In this document: in pieces, positions 57,352 through 64,000 of the stretch
How the letters are laid out: each line of letters begins with the position of its first letter
Position numbering within the stretch: position 1 is the stretch's first letter
IMG/VR virus record: IMGVR_UViG_3300034061_000981
Coordinates: 43,620-107,619 of that record
Length of the DNA: 64,000 nucleotides
DNA from: a virus
Direction: 5' to 3' (one strand)
Notes under the pieces: model-generated
What the model saw: only the letters and a program-made list of their open reading frames with translations
The model's database searches: none
What the model was told of the DNA's origin: nothing
Translations under genes and position numbers: made by a program

Positions 57352-58365
57352 ATGGTAGAACTAAAAACAGCAGAACACATTGCCCACTTTATGATGGCTA
57401 ATATTAGTCTTAGCAGATTTGATAAAAAGTTTGTTGAAAGCCTACAAGTATTAAAACAAGTAACCACTAATCAAGTGGAATTGTTTTATAAAATTATATA
57501 CAAATATAGACGACAATTGAGTAAACATGAATTGGATGCTGATACATTAATTCATTTACCATGGACCATGCAGGTAATTGAAAGTGCCCCGCAATATACT
57601 GATGGACATATTTCTATTGAGAACGACAAGATTATTTTCAAGTGTCCATATAACAAGAATTTTATTGATGCGTTTAGAAAAGAAGATACAAACATATTTG
57701 TTTGGGATAAAGAACGTAAACAATATTCAGCCGACTTTAGCACACATTCATTGAAATTGGTAGTAAATACCTCGATTAAGTTTTTTAAAATTGTTCATTA
57801 TTGCGATATCGTTACTGGTTTGCTTGATTCATTAAAAGAATATGAAACGGTTAAATATTGGCAACCCACTTTAAAACAAATAAACGGCAATCTTTTTATT
57901 GTAGCAACTACCGAACAATTAGATGAAGCATTGGGTGATATGGTATTAGATACTAACCCAACAACAATAGCAAATTTGGTTTATTATGGGGTACATATTG
58001 ATGAGTCCCTCTATGACACTACTGATAAGAAACAACAGTTTATAGCTAATAGAATTTACAGTATGGAAGTAACTGATGTACTAAATATAGTACCCTGGTT
58101 AAAAGACATAGGATGTGACTATGTAGTATTCACTGGCAATAGAATATTAACAGATGTTATAAAAAATCTCAAAGCTAGCTTAATTAAAACAAATATAAAA
58201 GTTGATCCTGAACATAAATGGTCTATTCAACATAAATCTAATACTGGTAAATACAACTTTCCCGTAGTAATTAGATTTAGAACAGGAAGAGATATAGATA
58301 GTGAACCAACTAAGGTTGGTAAAGTAGTTCAACTAGTAAATTCCCAACCAATAGATATTAAATGA
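57352..58365 (+). CDS. Hypothetical protein upstream of the helicase
   Basis: Start moved to ATG 57352, 6 nt after TATAAT and downstream of the terminator. Confidence 0.7.
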   Translation: MVELKTAEHIAHFMMANISLSRFDKKFVESLQVLKQVTTNQVELFYKIIYKYRRQLSKHELDADTLIHLPWTMQVIESAPQYTDGHISIENDKIIFKCPYNKNFIDAFRKEDTNIFVWDKERKQYSADFSTHSLKLVVNTSIKFFKIVHYCDIVTGLLDSLKEYETVKYWQPTLKQINGNLFIVATTEQLDEALGDMVLDTNPTTIANLVYYGVHIDESLYDTTDKKQQFIANRIYSMEVTDVLNIVPWLKDIGCDYVVFTGNRILTDVIKNLKASLIKTNIKVDPEHKWSIQHKSNTGKYNFPVVIRFRTGRDIDSEPTKVGKVVQLVNSQPIDIK

Positions 58366-59840
58366 AACAATGTAAAATTATAGTTAAAGATGAAGTCAAT
58401 GTGAAAATTGAAGGACTCGAACTAAGTGAACGCAAACTACTTATGAAGATGTTTGAGTTTGAAGTTCCCGGCGCACGATATTTGCCAAGTGTCCGATTAG
58501 GCAGATGGAATGGTAAGACAAGTTATTTTAGTCTAAGTGGAAGCACTTATATCAATTTACTACCAGAAATTCTTCCAGTACTTGACCGAGCAGACTACGA
58601 TATTGAACTAGAAGATACTAGGGAATATTCAACTACTTTTTCATTCACAGAAGTAACCGAAGATACATTCAAACACAAAACATGGCCTGCAGGTCATCCG
58701 GTAGCAGGTGAACCTGTTATATTGCGTGACTATCAAATCGAAATTATCAATAACTATTTGAAGAACCCACAGTCATTGCAAGAGATTGCAACGGGCGCTG
58801 GTAAGACACTAGTTACGGCCGCATTATCAAGTTGTATAGAACAATATGGTCGTAGTATTGTTATTGTACCTAACACTAGTTTGGTTACACAAACAGAAAA
58901 AGATTACATCAACTTGGGATTAGACGTAGGTGTATACTATGGTGGACGCAAAGAATACGATAAGACACATACAATTTGTACATGGCAAAGTCTTGGTAAT
59001 ATGTTAAAGAAAACTAAAAATGATGAAGCAGAAGTTCCATTTCAAGACTTTATCGAAGGTGTAGTATGTGTGATTGTGGATGAGGTACACCAAGCTAAAG
59101 CAGATGTACTTAAATCATTGTTAACTGGAGTAATGAGTCAGATTCCATTACGCTGGGGCTTGACTGGAACTATTCCAAAAGCAAAAGCTGAATCAATGTC
59201 ATTGACTGTTAGTTTGGGTCCTGTCATTAATCAACTGTCAGCAAGCACACTACAAGAGATGGGCGTACTCTCACAGTGCCATGTAAACATCGTTCAACTA
59301 CAAGATAGTATGGAGTTTACTAACTATCAAAGTGAACTTAAATTCTTGACCAGTGATGGATTAAGAATGCAGAAAATTGCTGAGTTAGCAAATACAGTTA
59401 AAGATACAGGAAACACATTGATACTAGTTGATAGAATTGAAGCAGGACAATTGCTACATTTGAAACTAGAAGAATTGGGTGTACCCGAAGATAACGTAGT
59501 TTTTGTATCAGGTGGAACTAAAGGTACTACCAGAACAGAACACTATGAAGATATTGCTACCGCAACTAATAAGATTATTATTGCTACTTACGGTGTTGCC
59601 GCAGTTGGTATTAACATTCCTCGTATCTTTAACGTGATGCTATTAGAACCGGGTAAGAGTTTTGTTAGAGTAATTCAATCAATTGGTCGAGGCATTCGTA
59701 AGGCAGAAGATAAAGACTTTGTGCAGATTTGGGACATTACATCAAGCTGTAAATTTGCCAAACGACATTTAACACAACGGAAAGCATTCTATAAAGATGC
59801 GAACTACCCGTTTGATGTTGAAAAACTTAAATATAAATGA
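58362..59840 (+). CDS. uvsW: SF2 DNA helicase, UvsW-like
   Basis: LRDYQ, ATGAGKT, DEVH, GLTGT, QSIGRGIR. Confidence 0.9.
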   Translation: MKQCKIIVKDEVNVKIEGLELSERKLLMKMFEFEVPGARYLPSVRLGRWNGKTSYFSLSGSTYINLLPEILPVLDRADYDIELEDTREYSTTFSFTEVTEDTFKHKTWPAGHPVAGEPVILRDYQIEIINNYLKNPQSLQEIATGAGKTLVTAALSSCIEQYGRSIVIVPNTSLVTQTEKDYINLGLDVGVYYGGRKEYDKTHTICTWQSLGNMLKKTKNDEAEVPFQDFIEGVVCVIVDEVHQAKADVLKSLLTGVMSQIPLRWGLTGTIPKAKAESMSLTVSLGPVINQLSASTLQEMGVLSQCHVNIVQLQDSMEFTNYQSELKFLTSDGLRMQKIAELANTVKDTGNTLILVDRIEAGQLLHLKLEELGVPEDNVVFVSGGTKGTTRTEHYEDIATATNKIIIATYGVAAVGINIPRIFNVMLLEPGKSFVRVIQSIGRGIRKAEDKDFVQIWDITSSCKFAKRHLTQRKAFYKDANYPFDVEKLKYK

Positions 59841-59852
59841 TACAATACACAT

Positions 59853-60353
59853 ATGCGTATATTAACACTAGAAAACGAATTTTATAATTTAGAGACACTA
59901 CCCGAAGAAATTGATGACCTTCGTTTTGCGATACTAGACAATAGTAATCCATCGAATGTAGATTATCATTATATCCCACTTATCTTTTTAGAATCATTTA
60001 GTGCTCCTGCACTTGTATTGAAGATAGGTGAAAAAACAATTAAGATGCCTGTTGATTGGCAGATATTGATCGGTGAAAAAGAACATGGTGATTTAGAGAC
60101 ATTGCCTCTTACTAGTATCAATGACAGAGGGTTCAATGCGTTTGAATTTAACCCATTAACTAGTTTCAGTCCTAGCTTCTTGTCCATTGAGATTGTAGAC
60201 ATTTACCACGATGTAACATGGTATGCACCTCGATTAAAGAACGGACAATTCTTATGTGTACCCATTGATGATGGTCCTAGACCACGATGTGTATACTTTG
60301 TTAAAGAGATTAGTCGTAATTGTGAGATTGTAGATTATTCCCAGGCGTTCTGA
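59853..60353 (+). CDS. Hypothetical protein
   Basis: ORF after TTGAAA-17-TACAAT. Confidence 0.7.
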   Translation: MRILTLENEFYNLETLPEEIDDLRFAILDNSNPSNVDYHYIPLIFLESFSAPALVLKIGEKTIKMPVDWQILIGEKEHGDLETLPLTSINDRGFNAFEFNPLTSFSPSFLSIEIVDIYHDVTWYAPRLKNGQFLCVPIDDGPRPRCVYFVKEISRNCEIVDYSQAF

Positions 60354-60946
60354 TGGCAACTAAAAAACTCAATGTACCACAAGATGAAAAATTAGAAAGT
60401 CAAGACTTTGACTTATTTGATGCACTTGCGGCATTAGATAAGAAAGACTATGGTTACTATGATAGATTGAGTGAAAATCAGCGTAAGAAGTTTGTACCCT
60501 TTATGTTGATTCAATGGATGAGTGCAGTTAAAGGATCTAGTGATGTTCAGAACTATTACTTACAAAGCATTGATTATCATGCTAACAAGCATCTGTTTAA
60601 TGAGTATGTGTATAAGCATCCTAAACTACAATGGTTGATGTTATGTGCGGCTAGTCCTGGTGTAGGTAAACAGTTTCATCAATGGATACCTAACATCAGT
60701 CTTAAAGTAAGCAGATTGCAAGCACCTGCAAAGATTAAAGATATACGAGAATATTATAAGAAGATATATCCCAAAGCAAACACAAGTGACATTGAAGAAG
60801 TAAGTCAGGTCTTTGTAGAGAACCACAAGAAGAAATGTCGTTTAGCTGAATTGTTCCCAAACATGAAGCAAGCTGACATTGAAGTAATGAGCGAAGTTAT
60901 AACAGACGAACAGATACGGGAATATGAAAGAGACCTCGGCAACTGA
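60353..60946 (+). CDS. Hypothetical protein, possibly clamp-loader small subunit (gp62)-like
   Basis: FVPFMLIQWMS...N...HPKLQW; replication-gene context. Confidence 0.4.
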   Translation: MATKKLNVPQDEKLESQDFDLFDALAALDKKDYGYYDRLSENQRKKFVPFMLIQWMSAVKGSSDVQNYYLQSIDYHANKHLFNEYVYKHPKLQWLMLCAASPGVGKQFHQWIPNISLKVSRLQAPAKIKDIREYYKKIYPKANTSDIEEVSQVFVENHKKKCRLAELFPNMKQADIEVMSEVITDEQIREYERDLGN

Positions 60947-61628
60947 TGAGCCAATGAAGTTTGGTTGTGAGTTTTGTAAGCGTGTGTTCCTGCGGGAAAG
61001 CACTATAATGAAGCACATGTGTGAAACTAAAGATAGATATTTAAACAAAGACAAACAAGGTAATCGTATCGGCTTTCAAGCATGGGTGCAATTCTACAAA
61101 AAGAATACAGCAACTAAAAAACAAAAGACCTACGAAGAATTTATTAAGAGTGCATACTATATTGCATTTGTTAAGTTTGGTAATTACTGTGTCAATGTAA
61201 GCGCAATCAATATAAGTAGATTCGTTGATTGGTTACTGAAGAATCAAATTAAGATTGACACTTGGTGTAGTGATACTACCTATACTAGATATCTAGTTGA
61301 GTATCTTAAGATAGAAGATGCGTTTGATGCTATTCATCGTAGTGTAGAAACTACAATCGATTGGGCAGAAAAAGATAATATACAGCCCAAAGATTATTTG
61401 CGTTATGGCAATACAAATCGCATATGTTTATTGATAGCAACGGGCAAGATTAGTCCATGGATGTTATATTGTAGTGAGAGCGGCATACAATTCTTAGATA
61501 AACTAAACGAAGCACAAGTAAAAATAGTTATTGATTATATTAATCCTGAGTTATGGAAGATTAAATTTAACCGTGATGAACAACTTAAACAACAAATTAC
61601 AGACACACTCAAAACCGCAGGGTATTAG
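60924..61628 (+). CDS. Zinc-finger-containing hypothetical protein
   Basis: CEFCKRVF......HMC. Confidence 0.65.
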   Translation: MKETSATDEPMKFGCEFCKRVFLRESTIMKHMCETKDRYLNKDKQGNRIGFQAWVQFYKKNTATKKQKTYEEFIKSAYYIAFVKFGNYCVNVSAINISRFVDWLLKNQIKIDTWCSDTTYTRYLVEYLKIEDAFDAIHRSVETTIDWAEKDNIQPKDYLRYGNTNRICLLIATGKISPWMLYCSESGIQFLDKLNEAQVKIVIDYINPELWKIKFNRDEQLKQQITDTLKTAGY

Positions 61629-61809
61629 AGTTCGTATTTCATGGCAAGAAAATCACGACATACCTACATGGAATGAAACCTGTGCATGGGCAGTAGAACA
61701 ATTTGGATTGCCCGGTAATAGATATCTTACACACGCAACCGAGGAATATATGGATTTCTATTTTCTTGATGAACGTGATGCTATATTATTTGAGCTAAAA
61801 TGCGGTTGA
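61576..61809 (+). CDS. Small F-x-L-x-W family paralog (start uncertain)
   Basis: Ends FLDERDAILFELKCG. Confidence 0.6.
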   Translation: MNNLNNKLQTHSKPQGIRVRISWQENHDIPTWNETCAWAVEQFGLPGNRYLTHATEEYMDFYFLDERDAILFELKCG

Positions 61810-61810
61810 T

Positions 61811-62029
61811 ATGGTTAGTGTGAGACTTGATGAAATTACTGTACATAGACTTTTAGATATACTACAAGAGTTAAGAGAAATGGGCTGGGTAACAGGTGTT
61901 GATTTTGATTTTGCCTATCATAAACCTGTCTATGATAATTTTAGTTACGATCCTGTAGTCGGGAGACATGCAATTTTTACTTTTTATAATGAGAGTAATG
62001 CTAGTTATTTTATGTTGAGGTGGGGATGA
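61811..62029 (+). CDS. Small F-x-L-R-W family paralog
   Basis: Ends FYNESNASYFMLRWG. Confidence 0.7.
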   Translation: MVSVRLDEITVHRLLDILQELREMGWVTGVDFDFAYHKPVYDNFSYDPVVGRHAIFTFYNESNASYFMLRWG

Positions 62030-62274
62030 ACATATCAGAAGAAATTATCAGTCAAGCTAGTGACCATTTGGCAAAGGATATTGACACACAAGTGTTATTG
62101 TCTGCATTGGGTTGGACTAGTGTTAAATTGAAAAGATTTAGTAACGGCACTGAAGCAGTTGATATTATAGAATGGATAGATACTAATTGTACTGGTGAGT
62201 GGAAAAACTTAGGTACACGATTTATTTTTGAGAAAAAACAAGATGCCGAGTGGTTCAGTCTAAGATGGGAATAA
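62026..62274 (+). CDS. Small F-x-L-R-W family paralog
   Basis: Ends FEKKQDAEWFSLRWE. Confidence 0.7.
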   Translation: MNISEEIISQASDHLAKDIDTQVLLSALGWTSVKLKRFSNGTEAVDIIEWIDTNCTGEWKNLGTRFIFEKKQDAEWFSLRWE

Positions 62275-62507
62275 TGTTTGATCATTATGATGAGGTAAAT
62301 GGATGGGAGCACACTAAACCCGGTTGGTATGAATGCGCCGTACACGCAAAACATATTAACAAATACCTTGAAATAATCGATTGGGTATATGCTAACGTAG
62401 GTAAATGTGAACGACATTGTAGATGGTATGTAAGTGATACAAGTACAGTTAATTTTAAATTCAGATACGAGAGAGATTATATTATGTTTACCTTGAGGTG
62501 GTCATGA
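62274..62507 (+). CDS. Small F-x-L-R-W family paralog
   Basis: Ends FRYERDYIMFTLRWS. Confidence 0.7.
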   Translation: MFDHYDEVNGWEHTKPGWYECAVHAKHINKYLEIIDWVYANVGKCERHCRWYVSDTSTVNFKFRYERDYIMFTLRWS

Positions 62508-62731
62508 GTTATCCTAACTTCTATGAACGATTAAAGTTTTCAGCATACACTACACATGATTGGCCGGAAGTAGATCAATGGTGTAATGATAATATTGGTC
62601 TATGGAATGAAACTTGGTATAAATTGGGTACGGATCCATTGGCTGGAATAGTTGAAGGTATAGAAACCCGTAGTAGATATCTTTTTAAGAACGAACATGA
62701 TAGACTATTATTCATATTGAGGTGGAGTTGA
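62504..62731 (+). CDS. Small F-x-L-R-W family paralog
   Basis: Ends FKNEHDRLLFILRWS. Confidence 0.7.
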   Translation: MSYPNFYERLKFSAYTTHDWPEVDQWCNDNIGLWNETWYKLGTDPLAGIVEGIETRSRYLFKNEHDRLLFILRWS

Positions 62732-62997
62732 TGGCAACAATACCGCATATACAAGATTATGATGACGATGACCCAGAAATAGAAAGACGAAAGAATCGTT
62801 GGAACTATTGGGAAGCATTAAAGAAGGTTCGCAAAGAATACATGTCACAGAACAAACAGTTTGATGCATATGACTTTGAAGATTACCTAGTCGGACAATA
62901 TGGACTAAAGATGAACATTGTTAATGGTAACATAACAGATGGTTATGAGATTGTTGACGAAAAGAAGTACCTAATATTTTTACTAAAATTCCAATGA
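62731..62997 (+). CDS. Small protein related to the F-x-L-x-W family
   Basis: Ends IVDEKKYLIFLLKFQ. Confidence 0.7.
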   Translation: MATIPHIQDYDDDDPEIERRKNRWNYWEALKKVRKEYMSQNKQFDAYDFEDYLVGQYGLKMNIVNGNITDGYEIVDEKKYLIFLLKFQ

Positions 62998-63344
62998 ACA
63001 ATACACCCTTTCCCATAACCTCTTTACAAAAAGGTAAATTTATAGTATCATGGCCTAGCTGGGATAACATTAGACGTTTTGAAACAAAAAAGTTATTAGT
63101 AGACTTGTTGTTTAAAGATATGAAAGTGAAAGAAGCTGGATTTGTATTAGATATATCTGATGGTGAAATAGATATTATGTGGGTAGATGAATACTGGTGG
63201 ATGCGAGATAGTAACGGCGAATATGCTAGATACCTAGAAGATATGTATACAGTTAAAGGTGTAGCATTCAATAATAAAGATGAAGCAATTAAGTTACAAG
63301 ATTACTTAGAGAAGAAATATATTTGGAAAACGTTACAGGCATAA
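62994..63344 (+). CDS. Hypothetical protein
   Basis: ATGA overlap. Confidence 0.7.
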   Translation: MNNTPFPITSLQKGKFIVSWPSWDNIRRFETKKLLVDLLFKDMKVKEAGFVLDISDGEIDIMWVDEYWWMRDSNGEYARYLEDMYTVKGVAFNNKDEAIKLQDYLEKKYIWKTLQA

Positions 63345-63345
63345 T

Positions 63346-63909
63346 ATGGCAAATGATATAATGATTGACATTGAGAGTTTAGATACGACACCTAATTGTG
63401 TTATCTTAACTATCGGTGCAGTAAGATTCGACCCTAAAGGCAGTGGTGTAGTAGAACGATTAGAACTACGACCTACTGTTGAGGATCAAACAGAAATTTA
63501 CAATAGAAGTATCAATGAAGATACACTACGTTGGTGGAGTGAACAAAGTCCTGAAGCACTAGAAGAAGCAATGGGAGAAGATGGAAGAATCCCATTTAAA
63601 GAATGTATGGAGATACTTTATAAGTTTTGCTGGAACCGTCGTGCTGTGTGGAGCAACGGTGCTCCCTTTGACTTAGTTGTAATGGAACATGCTTGGAGAC
63701 AAACAAGTGATAAGCCTAATCCTATTCCCTGGCCTTTCTGGACAATGCGTGATACACGAACACTCTGGGAAATTGCAGGAGTCAGTCTTAAAGATGGCGG
63801 TCACACAACAAGTCACAAAGCAGTTGAAGATGCCGAAAGACAAGCTATTGTCGTACAAAAAGCGTATACTAAATTAATTAAAGCAGAACTAGTAGCACCA
63901 TCAAAATGA
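63346..63909 (+). CDS. 3'-5' exonuclease (DEDDh, Rv2179c-like)
   Basis: MIDIESL, WSNGAPFD, RDTRT, HKAVEDA. Confidence 0.85.
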   Translation: MANDIMIDIESLDTTPNCVILTIGAVRFDPKGSGVVERLELRPTVEDQTEIYNRSINEDTLRWWSEQSPEALEEAMGEDGRIPFKECMEILYKFCWNRRAVWSNGAPFDLVVMEHAWRQTSDKPNPIPWPFWTMRDTRTLWEIAGVSLKDGGHTTSHKAVEDAERQAIVVQKAYTKLIKAELVAPSK

Positions 63910-64000
63910 GAATAGATTCAGACATTGACATTGACTTTGGTAATCGTGATAGTTTACTAAAACTCATTCAACATACACGTGCGGCAATGCGTAATGTAAA
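63906..64000 (+). CDS. Partial ORF with a DnaE (Pol III alpha)-like DIDIDF motif
   Basis: MRIDSDIDIDFGNRD...; truncated by the window end. Confidence 0.5.
   Translation, partial: MRIDSDIDIDFGNRDSLLKLIQHTRAAMRNV

Noticed and set aside
46875-59840. Inteins or introns in terminase, UvsX or UvsW
   Set aside because: Lengths are normal, motifs are contiguous and no splice-junction motifs are present
1-64000. Stop-codon reassignment
   Set aside because: Genes are full length and tightly packed in the standard code

Overview
This 64 kb window is part of a large, AT-rich, T4-like (jumbo-type) bacteriophage genome, almost entirely on the + strand and read in the standard genetic code. A phage porin suggests a Gram-negative, probably betaproteobacterial, host. 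(1) 1-28.3 kb is a tightly coupled sugar-synthesis and tailoring island: GDP-mannose-epimerase-like and UDP-glucose-dehydrogenase-like enzymes, eight paralogous GT10-like putative glycosyltransferases, three SGNH-like proteins, two B12-dependent radical SAM enzymes, a mini DegT aminotransferase, an amidinotransferase, a 2OG-Fe(II) oxygenase fusion, a carbamoyltransferase and a 1896-aa repeat protein. (2) 28.35-28.8 kb holds a circularly permuted (two-piece) tmRNA gene, tag ANDSVYSLAA*, whose intervening segment encodes a 35-aa hydrophobic ORF with its own Shine-Dalgarno (SD). (3) Next come a porin, AhpC/AhpD and early-gene cassettes behind a repeated TTGACAATAAAT sigma70 promoter (MoxR ATPase plus VWA metallopeptidase). 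(4) thyA, a second epimerase/DegT pair, spanin-like genes, virion proteins and the terminase follow. (5) The end holds gp32, UvsX, UvsY, UvsW, an array of small paralogs ending in F-x-L-R-W, an exonuclease and the start of a DnaE-like gene. All protein calls come from motif recognition by eye; no database searches were run.
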